The translations under genes were made by a program, and so were the position numbers. The notes beneath the pieces are model-generated. The model did no database searches. It was not told the origin of the DNA and was given only the letters and a program-made list of their open reading frames with translations. From an uncultured delta proteobacterium (GTDB taxonomy: Bacteria > Desulfobacterota > Binatia > Binatales > Binataceae), in NCBI GenBank assembly GCA_963755705.1, contig CAVWKW010000003.1:836067-900066 (forward strand): a stretch of DNA of 64,000 nt, read 5' to 3'. Below are positions 11,442-22,208 of the stretch, in pieces; the stretch's first letter is position 1; each line of letters opens with the position of its first letter.

Positions 11442-11521
11442 CTACCTCTCGCAATTGAATATAGAACTAGAGTAGCGGAGATCATCGCCCACGTTCCAGA
11501 CACGGGGGTGGTCGCTCCTTC

Positions 11522-12559
11522 TTGAAAGCCGAGAGCGAGCGATGGATTATGGCCAGAATGAAATCGGCGGCCAGCAAACGCGGACACGATTCAAGCCGGT
11601 CCCCCCATCACATGCATGAGGAATTTTTGCCTAAGGAATTGGCAAACATTCTGAATCCACAAACCGAACTACCCTCGATTGCAAAGAACCCTGCGCTCAC
11701 AGCCAAGATCGAGGACGCGATTCGGATGGTCCCGACTACGCATGAGTTGCTCCTCCGCGACGCGCGCAAGATGGACTTGCCCGCGACGACGATGGTTCAT
11801 CTCGTTCTTACGTCTCCTCCCTACTGGACGCTTAAGAAATACCGTGACGGCCCAGCGCAGCTGGGCTCCGTAGCGGATTACGATACATTTCTCAGCGACC
11901 TCGACGAGGTGTGGGAGCAATGCTATCGGGCTCTCGTGCCGGGCGGACGATTAGTCTGCGTGGTGGGCGACGTATGTCTCTCGCGCCGGAAAAATGAGGG
12001 ACGACATACGGTCGTTCCACTTCACGCCTCAATACAGGAGCATTGCCGCAAACTCGGATTCGACAACCTTGCACCCATCATTTGGCACAAGATCGCGAAT
12101 GCAGCGTACGAGGTAGACAACGGCTCACATTTTCTCGGCAAGCCGTTTGAGCCAAATGCTGTGATCAAGAACGACATAGAATTCATCCTCATGGAAAGAA
12201 GACCGGGAGGATACCGAACACCATCGGTCCCGACCCGAGTACTCAGTGTAATTCCGGCCGCAAAACACCAGGAATGGTTTCAGCAAATCTGGGAGGGATT
12301 AGGGGGAGCATCAACCCGTGAGCATCCGGCGCCGTATCCGTTGGAACTCGCCGAGCGATTGATTCGGATGTTCAGCTTCGTTGGAGACACGGTTCTTGAT
12401 CCTTTCCTCGGTACGGGCACCACTAGTGTTGCGGCGTCGCGCACTGGAAGAAACAGTATCGGTGTGGAGGTGGACCCCCACTACTTTGCAATGGCTCGCC
12501 GTCGTATCGAGGAAAGCGCCAGTAGCCTCTTTGCGAGCTGTGCTGTGAGCGTGCGCTGA
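11522..12559 (+). CDS. site-specific DNA methyltransferase, beta class (N4-C/N6-A family); start uncertain (may be ATG 11612)
   Basis: Catalytic TSPPY precedes HPAPYP and SAM-binding DPFLGTGTT, which is the beta-class order; lower GC than the flanks. Confidence 0.9.
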   Translation: MKAESERWIMARMKSAASKRGHDSSRSPHHMHEEFLPKELANILNPQTELPSIAKNPALTAKIEDAIRMVPTTHELLLRDARKMDLPATTMVHLVLTSPPYWTLKKYRDGPAQLGSVADYDTFLSDLDEVWEQCYRALVPGGRLVCVVGDVCLSRRKNEGRHTVVPLHASIQEHCRKLGFDNLAPIIWHKIANAAYEVDNGSHFLGKPFEPNAVIKNDIEFILMERRPGGYRTPSVPTRVLSVIPAAKHQEWFQQIWEGLGGASTREHPAPYPLELAERLIRMFSFVGDTVLDPFLGTGTTSVAASRTGRNSIGVEVDPHYFAMARRRIEESASSLFASCAVSVR

Positions 12560-12575
12560 AATCCGCGGCAGATTC

Positions 12576-13310
12576 ATGCGAAAAGCGCTTCCCCTAATTG
12601 ACGATCTCTTGAAGAAGGCAGTCGCGCACTATTGGCGCACGCTGAACCAACAATCTGAAAAGCAAAAATCCGGCGATGCTGACAGAGGTGGCCGAGCTGC
12701 GGTCACAGGCGGGAAGCAGATGGACGGCTTCTGCGAGCTAGTGCAAAAGATCTTGGTGTACAATCAATTGCCTGAAGCGAGCATCTATACTCGCGACAGA
12801 CTGGAACTACCCGGATACTTTCGGCCCACCAAGAGGTGGGACATGCTCGTGGTCCATGACGGACACCTGATAGCGGCGATCGAATTTAAGTCGCAGCTCG
12901 GTCCCTCCTTCGGTAACAACTTCAACAATCGTACTGAAGAGGCCTTGGGGAGTGCGGTAGACCTTTGGACCGCGTATCGCGAAGGCGCGTTTGGAAGAGA
13001 ACAGCCGCGCCCGTGGCTCGGCTGGGTGATGCTTTTGGAGGAATCTCCGCAATCGATGGCCCCCGTTGGACTCAAGGAGCCCCATTTTAAGGCCTTCGCC
13101 GAGTTCCGAGGCACGTCATATACCGCGCGCTACGAACTGCTGCTCAGGCGATTGATCTTGGAAAAAACTTATGATGGTGCCGCGTTGATCCTTGCAACCA
13201 CCAGCGGCGGTCCTAAAGGGCGCTTCCGGGAGCCGGCTAGCGACCTAACGATGAAGCGGCTCCTAGCTGGACTTGCGGGCCACGTCCTAACTTACGTCTC
13301 GGGCCAGTGA
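12576..13310 (+). CDS. PaeR7I/XhoI-family type II restriction endonuclease
   Basis: RAAVTGGKQMDGF, LPGYFRPTKRWD, AIEFKSQLGPSFGNNFNNRTEEALG (PD-(D/E)xK); adjacent to the MTase. Confidence 0.88.
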   Translation: MRKALPLIDDLLKKAVAHYWRTLNQQSEKQKSGDADRGGRAAVTGGKQMDGFCELVQKILVYNQLPEASIYTRDRLELPGYFRPTKRWDMLVVHDGHLIAAIEFKSQLGPSFGNNFNNRTEEALGSAVDLWTAYREGAFGREQPRPWLGWVMLLEESPQSMAPVGLKEPHFKAFAEFRGTSYTARYELLLRRLILEKTYDGAALILATTSGGPKGRFREPASDLTMKRLLAGLAGHVLTYVSGQ

Positions 13311-13390
13311 ACATAGCCCGATCTTTATGCCCGATCGTGGCTGTGGCTTACGGCAATCTTGTACCTGTGCTTAGTGGCAGGTCGCGCGCT

Positions 13391-15424
13391 TCACCGCTTG
13401 AGTAGTTCGAGCGCGTGGGCGACGACGTTTTCGACCGTGAAGCCGAAATGCTTCATGACCTCCGCCGACGGCCCCGAGGCTCCAAAGGTCGTCATCCCGA
13501 CGACGCTGCCGTCGAGCCCGACCCATTGGTACCAACTCATCGGCACACCGGCTTCGATCGCCAGGCGCTTGCGATTCGCAGGAGGAAGCACCGAATCGCG
13601 ATAGCTCGCGTCCTGTTTCTCGAACAGCTCGAAGCTCGGCATCGAGACCACGCGCACCGCACGTCCCTGCTTTTCGAGCTGCTCCTTGGCGCCGAGCGCG
13701 AGCTGCACTTCGGAACCCGTCGCGAGCAGGAGAATCTCCGGCGCCTTGCCCGCGGTCTCCGCCAGCACGTAGGCGCCACGCGCGAGGCCGCTGGCCGGCG
13801 CGGTCTTGCTGCGATCGATCGTCGGAACCTTCTGCCGTGAGAGCGCCAGCAACACCGGTCCGCCCTTATGCTTCATCGCGGCGCGCCATGCCTCCGCGGC
13901 CTCATTGGCGTCGCCGGGACGAATCACGACCAGATTCGGAATCGCGCGCATCGCCGTGAGTTGCTCGACCGGCTCGTGCGTGGGACCGTCCTCGCCGACT
14001 CCGATCGAATCGTGAGTGAAGACGAATACCACATGGATTCCCATGAGTGCGGCCAGCCGGATCGACGCGCGGCAATAGTCGGTGAACACGAAGAACGATG
14101 AGCCGTAAGAAACGAACCCACCGTGCAGCGCGATTCCGTTCAGGATCGAGCACATCCCATGCTCGCGGATTCCGAAATGGAGATTGCGGCCCGCGTAATT
14201 TCCTTTCTCGAAGCTGCCGCCGTCTTTTACATCGGTGAAGGTCGATTCATTCAAATCCGCCGACCCGCCGAAGAGTCCCCACATCTTCGCCGTGATCGCT
14301 GCCTCCGCCTTGGACGCAGATTCGCGCGTCGCGAGGTTATCAGCAGGAGTGAAGACCGGTAGCGCAGCGTCCCAGCCCTTTGGCAATTCGCCGCTTAGCA
14401 TCCCGGTGAATTCGGCGGCCTCTGATGCGCTCGCCTTGGTCCAGCCCTTGAAGCGCTCGTTCCAGTCTTTCTCGAATGCTTCCCCGCGCTCGACGCAGCG
14501 GCGGAACTCGGTCAGCGCCTGGTCTGGGACATAGAATGCCGGCTCGACCGGCCATCCGTAAAATTCCTTGGTCAGCTTCACCTCTTCGACCCCGAGCGCG
14601 TTGCTGTGCGCCTTCGGAGTTCCCTGGCGATGCGGGCTGCCGTAGCCGATTATCGAGCGCACCCGGATGAGCGAAGGCCGCCCGGTCTCCGCGATTCCGT
14701 TTTCGATCGCGGCCGACAGCGCGCCGAGATCGTTGGCGTCTTCGACCACCTGCGTATGCCAGCCGTACGCGTCGAAGCGCTTGCATACATCTTCGGAAAA
14801 CGACAAGTCGGTGTACCCGTCGATCGTGACGTGATTGTCGTCGTAGAGATAAACGATATTGCCGAGTCCCAGATGTCCCGCGATCGACGCGGCCTCGCTC
14901 GCCACCCCTTCCATCAGATCGCCGTCGCTCACGATCGCGAACACGCGATGCTTGAACAACTCGCCTGCGCCTTTTCCAAACCGCGCATCGATATGCTTGG
15001 CCGCTATCGCCATCCCGACTCCGTTGCCGAAGCCCTGCCCGAGAGGTCCCGTCGTGGTCTCGACTCCCACCGTATGCGGATGCTCCGGATGCCCCGGCGT
15101 CAGGCTGCCGAGCTGGCGAAAGCGCTTGATCTCGTCGAGCGAGAGCGCGTAGCCCGAAAGATAGAGCAGCGCGTACAGCAGCATCGAGCCGTGCCCGGCC
15201 GAGAGCACAAAGCGGTCGCGCCCGAACCATTTAGGATTCTTCGGGTTGTGGCGCATGAAGCGCGTCCACAGCAGATACGCCGCCGGCGCCATCCCCATCG
15301 GCAGGCCGCAATGCCCTGAGTTCGCTTTCTGAACCGCGTCGATCGTGAGGACGCGGATGGAATTTATGCAGAGCTCGTCGAGTTGAGTCCGATCAATTTT
15401 GATATCGGCTGCGGATGCCACCAT
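13391..15424 (-). CDS. tkt: transketolase
   Basis: [54 protein letters not shown]. Confidence 0.98.
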   Translation of the reverse strand: MVASAADIKIDRTQLDELCINSIRVLTIDAVQKANSGHCGLPMGMAPAAYLLWTRFMRHNPKNPKWFGRDRFVLSAGHGSMLLYALLYLSGYALSLDEIKRFRQLGSLTPGHPEHPHTVGVETTTGPLGQGFGNGVGMAIAAKHIDARFGKGAGELFKHRVFAIVSDGDLMEGVASEAASIAGHLGLGNIVYLYDDNHVTIDGYTDLSFSEDVCKRFDAYGWHTQVVEDANDLGALSAAIENGIAETGRPSLIRVRSIIGYGSPHRQGTPKAHSNALGVEEVKLTKEFYGWPVEPAFYVPDQALTEFRRCVERGEAFEKDWNERFKGWTKASASEAAEFTGMLSGELPKGWDAALPVFTPADNLATRESASKAEAAITAKMWGLFGGSADLNESTFTDVKDGGSFEKGNYAGRNLHFGIREHGMCSILNGIALHGGFVSYGSSFFVFTDYCRASIRLAALMGIHVVFVFTHDSIGVGEDGPTHEPVEQLTAMRAIPNLVVIRPGDANEAAEAWRAAMKHKGGPVLLALSRQKVPTIDRSKTAPASGLARGAYVLAETAGKAPEILLLATGSEVQLALGAKEQLEKQGRAVRVVSMPSFELFEKQDASYRDSVLPPANRKRLAIEAGVPMSWYQWVGLDGSVVGMTTFGASGPSAEVMKHFGFTVENVVAHALELLKR

Positions 15425-15508
15425 ATTTCTCCACGGTCAAAGGACAAGTTTTTCAAACATAGAAATAATCAGTCAGACCGGCCAGGCTCGATACGTTGGC
15501 GCGTGCCG

Positions 15509-15883
15509 CTACCATTGATTATCGTTGCCGCCGTCTTTGCTGGTGTCGCCCGCCTTGCGGCGCATCAGGCTCACAGCACCCTTGGCTTCGCCCTTGTCGC
15601 CGAACGACATCGCGGCGGCGAAGCGTTCTGCGATCGCGCGCATCATCGCGCCCTCGGCCGGATCGAGCTCTGCGCCAAGCCCCGCCAGCCGCTCCATCGC
15701 GCGCCGAATCGCCGCGATCGCCGCCGGCATATCGCCCCGATCGCGCATCGCGACCGCGTTGCGCAGCCCCTCGCGCACTTCCGCGATTGCGGGACGCGCG
15801 GCGGGACCAATCACGATCTCCAGTTCACCCAGGCTGTCGGCGAGCTTCAAAAACGAATCAATCGCGGCGGCATTCTCACTCAC
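15509..15883 (-). CDS. hypothetical helical protein
   Basis: 124-aa ORF with host-like codon usage, co-oriented upstream of tkt. Confidence 0.6.
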   Translation of the reverse strand: MSENAAAIDSFLKLADSLGELEIVIGPAARPAIAEVREGLRNAVAMRDRGDMPAAIAAIRRAMERLAGLGAELDPAEGAMMRAIAERFAAAMSFGDKGEAKGAVSLMRRKAGDTSKDGGNDNQW

Positions 15884-16036
15884 ATCGCAATTGTTTCATT
15901 TGTGCGCGTTCGCGTTCAAGTTAAGCGTTGCGGAAACCCACCTGACGATACGCCCGGCCACGTACTTTTCCTCGATCGTGATTTGGTCCATGATGAATGA
16001 GAATCGCCCACGGAGGATGCTAGGGCATCGATAACG

Positions 16037-17287
16037 ATGAGAAAGATACTGGATCGCCGCGTGGTGGTCACGGGAAGCGGCCTGGTGACCCCGATTGGAA
16101 TCGGAATCGAAGACAACTGGGATTCCCTGATGCATGCGCGTTCGGGGATCGGCCCAATCACGCGCTTCGACGCCTCGCAGTTCACCGCCCGGATCGCCGG
16201 CGAGGTCAAGGGATTCGTCCCCGAGGACTGGATCGAAAAGCGCGACGTCAAGAAGATGGATCTTTTCATCCAGTACGCCGTCGCCGCGAGCGAGCAAGCG
16301 ATGCGCCAGTCGGGCTTCAAGATCACCGACGCGAATGCCGACAATGTCGGCGTGCTGATCGGCAACGGGATCGGCGGCCTGTGCACGATCGAGGAGTATC
16401 ACAAGCAGTTCCTCGCCACCGGCCTCAAGCACATCACGCCGTTTTTCATCCCGAAACTTATCTCGAACCTCGCCTGCGGACAGATCTCGATTCGCTACGG
16501 CGCACGCGGCGTCAGCTTCACCACCACCAGCGCCTGCGCTTCCGGCAGCCATGCGATCGGCGAGGCCTATCGCATGATCAGGCTTGGCTACCTTGACGCC
16601 GCAATCGCGGGCGGCTCGGAAGCCGCGCTGACCGCCCTCGGTGTCGGCGGCTTTTGCGTGATGCGCGCGCTATCGACCCGCAACGACGCGCCCGAGAAGG
16701 CCAGCCGTCCGTTCGACAAGGATCGCGACGGCTTCGTGATGTCGGAAGGCGCGGCCGCTCTGATTCTCGAAGATCGCGACGCCGCGCTCGCGCGCGGAGC
16801 GAACATCATGGCCGAGATCGTCGGCTACGCCGCCAACTCCGACGCCTATCACATCACCTCGCCCTCTCCCGAAGGCCGCGGCGCAGCGCGATGCATGCAA
16901 ATGTGCCTCGAAGAGAACGACCTTGATCCCAACGAGGTCGATTATATCAACGCCCACGGCACTTCGACCGAACAGGGCGATATCGCGGAGACCCAGGCGG
17001 TCAAGAAAGTTTTCGGCGAGCGCGCCGTCAAGGTTCCCATCAGCTCGACCAAGTCGATGACCGGGCACACGCTCGGCGCTGCGGGCGCGATCGAATCGGT
17101 CTACACGATTTTGGCGATCCAGCGCGGGATGATCCCGCCGACCATCAACCAGGAGCATCCCGACCCCGAGTGCGACCTGGACTACGTGCCCAATCAAGCC
17201 CGGCCCGCAAAGATTCGCATCGCGCTCAACAACTCGTTCGGGTTCGGCGGCACCAATACGACGCTTGCCTTCCGGCCGGCGGTTTAG
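16037..17287 (+). CDS. fabF: beta-ketoacyl-ACP synthase II
   Basis: SACASG (catalytic Cys), NAHGTST, GHTLGAAG, NNSFGFGGTN. Confidence 0.97.
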   Translation: MRKILDRRVVVTGSGLVTPIGIGIEDNWDSLMHARSGIGPITRFDASQFTARIAGEVKGFVPEDWIEKRDVKKMDLFIQYAVAASEQAMRQSGFKITDANADNVGVLIGNGIGGLCTIEEYHKQFLATGLKHITPFFIPKLISNLACGQISIRYGARGVSFTTTSACASGSHAIGEAYRMIRLGYLDAAIAGGSEAALTALGVGGFCVMRALSTRNDAPEKASRPFDKDRDGFVMSEGAAALILEDRDAALARGANIMAEIVGYAANSDAYHITSPSPEGRGAARCMQMCLEENDLDPNEVDYINAHGTSTEQGDIAETQAVKKVFGERAVKVPISSTKSMTGHTLGAAGAIESVYTILAIQRGMIPPTINQEHPDPECDLDYVPNQARPAKIRIALNNSFGFGGTNTTLAFRPAV

Positions 17288-17299
17288 GTTTTTTCCCAC

Positions 17300-18277
17300 A
17301 TGGGTTCCAGAATTATTGCGACCGGGCGCGCCCTGCCGCGCACTCCCGTTTCCAACCAGGATCTCGAACGCTTCATCGAGACCTCCGACGAATGGATTCG
17401 CTCGCGCACCGGAATCGGCCAGCGCTACACCATGCGCTCGGGCGAGTCGCTGGCGGAGATCGCGCTGAACGCAAGCCGGATCGCGCTCGAGCGCGCCAGC
17501 CTCAAGCCGAAAGACCTCGACGCGATCATCGTCGGCACCGTGTCCTCCGAGTTCGCGTTCCCTTCCTTCGCATGCCAGGTGCAAAACCTGCTCGGCGTCG
17601 ATTCGATTCCCGCCTACGACGTTGCCGCCGCATGCTCGGGCTTCGTGTACGCACTCTCGGTCGCCGACGCGCACATGCGCGCGGGCGATTTCAGCAAGGT
17701 CTTGGTCATCGGCACCGACGCGCTCTCGACCTTCGTTGATTGGAACGACCGGCGAACCTCCGTGCTCTTTGGCGACGGCGCCGGCGCCGCAGTCCTGGTT
17801 TCCGAACCCGGACCACGCGGAGTGCTGGGAAGCCTGCTGCGCTCTTCGGGACAGCATTGGGGGTTGCTCTCGCTGCGTGCGACCGGAATCCGCTCGACGC
17901 TCGACGCAGAGGCGCGCCGCGACCCTGCCGACTCGATCAAGATGAAAGGTCCCGAGCTGTTCAAGATCGCGGTCAAGAGCATGGAGGAAGTCAGCCGCCA
18001 GGTTGCCGAGCGCGCGCACGTCAAGCTCGAGGACGTGAACCTGGTGGTCGGTCATCAGGCCAACATGCGCATCATCAATGCGGTCGCGGAGCGGCTCGGC
18101 CTGCCGCCCGAAAAAGTCTTCATCAATATCGAACGCTACGGAAACACCTCCGCCGCTTCAGTCCCGATCGCGCTGGACGAGGCGCTCGAGCAGGGCCGCA
18201 TCCGCGACAACGACCTGGTGATGCTCAACGCGTGCGGCGGCGGCCTTACCTGGGGCGCGAACCTGCTGCGCTGGTAG
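17300..18277 (+). CDS. fabH: beta-ketoacyl-ACP synthase III
   Basis: AACSGF, GHQANMRII, YGNTSAAS, GGGLTWG. Confidence 0.95.
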   Translation: MGSRIIATGRALPRTPVSNQDLERFIETSDEWIRSRTGIGQRYTMRSGESLAEIALNASRIALERASLKPKDLDAIIVGTVSSEFAFPSFACQVQNLLGVDSIPAYDVAAACSGFVYALSVADAHMRAGDFSKVLVIGTDALSTFVDWNDRRTSVLFGDGAGAAVLVSEPGPRGVLGSLLRSSGQHWGLLSLRATGIRSTLDAEARRDPADSIKMKGPELFKIAVKSMEEVSRQVAERAHVKLEDVNLVVGHQANMRIINAVAERLGLPPEKVFINIERYGNTSAASVPIALDEALEQGRIRDNDLVMLNACGGGLTWGANLLRW

Positions 18278-18298
18278 CCGGGCTTAGTCTCAGCGATC

Positions 18299-19219
18299 AT
18301 GCCCGCCGACCTGCCCGACCGGCGCGTAACCTTCATCCTCGGCAAGGGCGGCGTTGGAAAAACCACGCTCGCCGCCGCGCTGGCTTTGGCGCGCGCCAAC
18401 GCCGGGGCGCACACCCTGCTGATCGAGACCGACGCGCGCGCACCGATGGCGACGGCGCTCGGCGTCGAGCGCTCCTACAGTCCGGTCGAAGCCGCGCCCA
18501 ACCTGTTCACGATGCTGCTCGACGGCGGCCACGCGCTCGAGGAATACCTGGCGATGGTGGTGCCGGGACGCATGCTGTTGCGCGCGGTGTTCGCGAGCCG
18601 GCTGTACCAATTCTTTGTGCAGGCCGCGCCGGGACTGCGCGAGCTGGTGATGCTCGGCAAAATCTATTACGAGAGCGGACGCAAGGAGCGCCGCCGCAAC
18701 CTCTGGGATTCGATTATCGTCGATGCTCCTTCCAGCGGGCAGGCGCTCGCCCTGCTGCGCATGCCGACCGCGGCGCGCGCGACTTTTCGCCAGAGCGTGG
18801 TCGGCAACGAAGCCGCCAATATCGGCAAATGGCTGCGCGACCGCGACACCTGCGCCATCGTCGAGGTCACCACCGCCGACTCGCTCGCGATGTCCGAGGT
18901 GCTCGAGATGCACGCGACGCTGAGCGGGATGCAGCTTGCGCCCTCTCGGGTGTTCTTCAATCGCCTGGCCTCGGTCGATTTTGATTCCGCCGATGTCGCC
19001 GCGATGCTCGGTGGCCATCCCAAAGCGGGCGATTCCCGCTCCCGCGCCCATCTGGCCGAAATCGCGCTGGCCGAGATTGCCCGCGCCGCCCATTCGCGTG
19101 CCGCGCTCGCGCGCGCCCGCCGCGAAACCGGAACCCCGGTTCTCGAAATACCCGAACTTCCCGATCTGCACGGCCGCGATTTAATAAATGCACTTGCTTC
19201 GTTTATGGCTTCTCCGTGA
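18299..19219 (+). CDS. ArsA/GET3-related P-loop ATPase
   Basis: Deviant Walker A GKGGVGKTT, DAPSSG switch region, PGLRELVMLGK. Confidence 0.8.
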   Translation: MPADLPDRRVTFILGKGGVGKTTLAAALALARANAGAHTLLIETDARAPMATALGVERSYSPVEAAPNLFTMLLDGGHALEEYLAMVVPGRMLLRAVFASRLYQFFVQAAPGLRELVMLGKIYYESGRKERRRNLWDSIIVDAPSSGQALALLRMPTAARATFRQSVVGNEAANIGKWLRDRDTCAIVEVTTADSLAMSEVLEMHATLSGMQLAPSRVFFNRLASVDFDSADVAAMLGGHPKAGDSRSRAHLAEIALAEIARAAHSRAALARARRETGTPVLEIPELPDLHGRDLINALASFMASP

Positions 19220-19326
19220 ATATGGATTCAGCGCGGCATCCACCTTGCGGGGATGACCGGACCAAAGTGTAGCGCTGCTGCCCGCCGGGTTCGGAGAGCC
19301 GCCCTAATTGTTCGACGGGGAAACGG

Positions 19327-19632
19327 ATGAAACTGCATCACTTGTCTATCCTTGCATTAACCGGATGGTTCATGGTCGTGGCTCCCGCGCCCAATGCGAT
19401 CGGAAAATTCGACGTCGGAGCGCCAATCTCAAAATGGACCGTGCGCTCGACCATGTTCCGCACCGAGCGCGATTGCGAATCGTATCGCGCCCGCGCCGCA
19501 TCGCACGGACTCGAAATTCAGCCTAACGCCGATCAGTTTGTGACCGACGACGAGCTGGGCAAGCCGATCGTTCCCAAGTCGGCCTCGCGATGCGTTGACG
19601 CCGGAAAGCCTTCGATCGATCTTCCCGGCTAG
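19327..19632 (+). CDS. small exported protein (paralogue of 59899-60183)
   Basis: Signal-peptide-like N-terminus, FDVGAPISKW motif, two Cys. Confidence 0.65.
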   Translation: MKLHHLSILALTGWFMVVAPAPNAIGKFDVGAPISKWTVRSTMFRTERDCESYRARAASHGLEIQPNADQFVTDDELGKPIVPKSASRCVDAGKPSIDLPG

Positions 19633-19697
19633 CGAAACTGGCGCGCTGGAATTCGCGCGGATTCGCAAATACCCTTGGCTGTGAGGTATCCGCGAGC

Positions 19698-21635
19698 ATG
19701 AGCGAGGCCGAGCGCAATAACCAGCGCGTGCGCGAACCCTGGATTATCAGGACCTACGCCGGATTCGGTGACGCGCGCCAAGCCAACTCGCGCTTTCACC
19801 AGAATCTCAAGGCGGGCCAGCGCGGCCTCTCGATCGCCTTCGATCTCCCCACCCAAAACGGCTACGACCCCGACGCTCCGGTCGCCACGGGCGAAGTCGG
19901 CAAGGCCGGCGTCTCGATCTGCCACTGGCAGGACATGGAGGCGCTGTTCGAGGGAATTCCGCTCGCCCAGATCAACACCTCGATGACGATCAATGCGACC
20001 GCGCCGTTCCTGCTCGCGCTCTACCTGGTCGTCGCGGAGAAGCACGGCGCGCCGTGGACGGAACTGCGCGGGACCACCCAGAACGATCTGATGAAAGAAT
20101 TCGTCGCGCGCGGCACCTCGATCTTCGACCCGGAAATGTCGTTCCGGCTCTCGACCGAACTAATCAAGTTCGCGGTCGAGCGCGTCCCGAACTGGAACCC
20201 GATCAACTGCTGCGGCTACCACTACATGGAAAGCGGCGCCGGCCCGGCCGAGGAGATCGGCTACGCCTTCGGCAATGCGATGCTGCTCCTCGACGCGCTG
20301 CGCGAAAATATCGCGCCCGCGGCGTTCGAGCAGACCGTGCGCCGCATTTCGTTCTTCATCAACAGCGGTATCGAGCTGGTGCCGGAGATCTGCAAAATCC
20401 GCGCGTACTTCAGCCTCTGGCGCGAGCTGTGCCATTCCGAGTACGGCATCGACGAAGTCGCCTTCCGCGCCGGATGCCAGGTGCGCTCGCTCTCGCTCAC
20501 CGAGCAGCAGCCCGAGGTCAATATCATCCGCATCGCCTACGAGGCGCTGCCGGTCACGATCTCCGCGGCGGCGCGCGTCAACGCTTTGCAGTTACCCGGC
20601 TTCCGCGAGGCGATGGCGCTGCCCGATCAGGCCGAGCAAACCCTGTCGCTGCGCACGCAGCAGGTGCTGATGCATGAAACCGGCATCACGAAATACGGCG
20701 ACATCTTCGCGGGCAGCAAAGTAATCGAGGGTCTCACTGCCGAAATTTCGCAACGCGCGCGGACGATCGCGACGGAATTGCGCACCGCCGGTTACTCGCG
20801 CTCGATCGGGATCGTCGCCGGAGAACTGACGCGCGCACTCGCCGAGCGCCAGCGCAAACTCGAAACCGGCGAGATCGTACAGGTCGGCGTCAACTCATTT
20901 CTGGGCGAGATCGGACTGATCGGACTGGCGGCCGAAAGCGCCGACAATTCTGAAGACGGCGCGCAGGCCTCGATCGAAAAAGATCGCGTTAACGCGATCG
21001 CGCGCTGGCGCAAGCATCGCGACAACGCCGCCGTCGCGAGCGCTGGCGATGCGCTCGCGCGCGCCGCCGCCGCAAAGCAACCGACGATGGAGGCCACGCT
21101 CGCGCTGGCGCGCGCGGGCGGCACCGTCGGCGAATGGACCGACGCGATCGTGCGCGCCAGCCACGGCCGCTACACCCCGCCGATCCTCGAAGCGCGCGGC
21201 GCGGTCGCCTCGTTTTCGATCGCTCATGCGCCGCGCAAGATGAAAATCGCGCTCGGCAAAGCCGGCCTCGACGGACATATCAACGCGGTCAAGCTGCTGG
21301 CGCATGCCTGCATGCAGGCCGGGATGGAAGTGGTGCTGGCGGGCTTCAAACAGACCGCGGCCCAGATGGTCGAAACGGCGCTCCAGGAAGACGTGGACGT
21401 GCTCGCGATTTCGAGCCTGGCCGGAGCGCACATGGCGATCGCGCGCGACGCCCTTGCGATACTGCATCGGCGCGGCGCCGGCGACGTCCGTGTCGTGATG
21501 GGCGGTATCATTCCCGAACCCGACCGCGCGCGCCTGGTTGTGATGGGGGTGCGGGCGGTCTTCACGCCCAAGGACTCGAACCTGGCCGAAATCGTCGGAC
21601 AGATTGCGGCGCTGGGACCTCGCGCGCAAATATAA
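19698..21635 (+). CDS. B12-dependent acyl-CoA mutase, Ecm/MeaA (ethylmalonyl-CoA mutase)-like
   Basis: PWIIRTYAG, GLSIAFDLPTQNGYD, TTQNDLMKEF, and C-terminal B12-binding GKAGLDGH. Confidence 0.8.
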   Translation: MSEAERNNQRVREPWIIRTYAGFGDARQANSRFHQNLKAGQRGLSIAFDLPTQNGYDPDAPVATGEVGKAGVSICHWQDMEALFEGIPLAQINTSMTINATAPFLLALYLVVAEKHGAPWTELRGTTQNDLMKEFVARGTSIFDPEMSFRLSTELIKFAVERVPNWNPINCCGYHYMESGAGPAEEIGYAFGNAMLLLDALRENIAPAAFEQTVRRISFFINSGIELVPEICKIRAYFSLWRELCHSEYGIDEVAFRAGCQVRSLSLTEQQPEVNIIRIAYEALPVTISAAARVNALQLPGFREAMALPDQAEQTLSLRTQQVLMHETGITKYGDIFAGSKVIEGLTAEISQRARTIATELRTAGYSRSIGIVAGELTRALAERQRKLETGEIVQVGVNSFLGEIGLIGLAAESADNSEDGAQASIEKDRVNAIARWRKHRDNAAVASAGDALARAAAAKQPTMEATLALARAGGTVGEWTDAIVRASHGRYTPPILEARGAVASFSIAHAPRKMKIALGKAGLDGHINAVKLLAHACMQAGMEVVLAGFKQTAAQMVETALQEDVDVLAISSLAGAHMAIARDALAILHRRGAGDVRVVMGGIIPEPDRARLVVMGVRAVFTPKDSNLAEIVGQIAALGPRAQI

Positions 21636-21684
21636 TCTTAAGCCACGTCGCCGAAGTCTCATCCGGCCCGAGGGAAAACCACCC

Positions 21685-22185
21685 ATGTCGATCCGCATCC
21701 TGAAGACCCGCATCCTGAAGCCAATTTCCGCCGCGATCGTTCTGACGGCGATCGCCCTGTGCGCGCCCGCCCATGCCGGCGAGCCGCGTCCATGGCTATG
21801 CCGCGACAAGCCGGTATTCTCCTCCGAGCACATGATGAACTACGACCTTTCCGCCCGCGCCGGCCTGCAATGGCAGATTTTCTTCATGACTTACGATCCC
21901 AACTCCGCCCACGACGGCTTCGAAATAACCGACTCGAAAGAAGTAGGCCTCCGCGGCGTAACCCAGACCGGCAAGCTCTCCCCCGGCCGCTATTTCACGG
22001 CCGCGATGTACCGTCAGAGCGCGGGCGTATGGGTATGTCACAAATACTCGCGCCTGCAACCAAGCCCCAAAGGTATAGTCGCCAACATCTGCTACGGCCG
22101 CCAGGAACCCACCTGCCTCGTGACGCTAACAGTAAAAGACAACCTCTCCATAATGGCCCCAGTAGTCCCCGTCCCCATGCCCTGA
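21685..22185 (+). CDS. exported hypothetical protein
   Basis: Signal peptide (…ALCAPAHA), four Cys in the mature part; start at MSIRILK. Confidence 0.6.
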   Translation: MSIRILKTRILKPISAAIVLTAIALCAPAHAGEPRPWLCRDKPVFSSEHMMNYDLSARAGLQWQIFFMTYDPNSAHDGFEITDSKEVGLRGVTQTGKLSPGRYFTAAMYRQSAGVWVCHKYSRLQPSPKGIVANICYGRQEPTCLVTLTVKDNLSIMAPVVPVPMP

Positions 22186-22208
22186 CCAGTCAGTTACACA
22201 TTAAGTAC

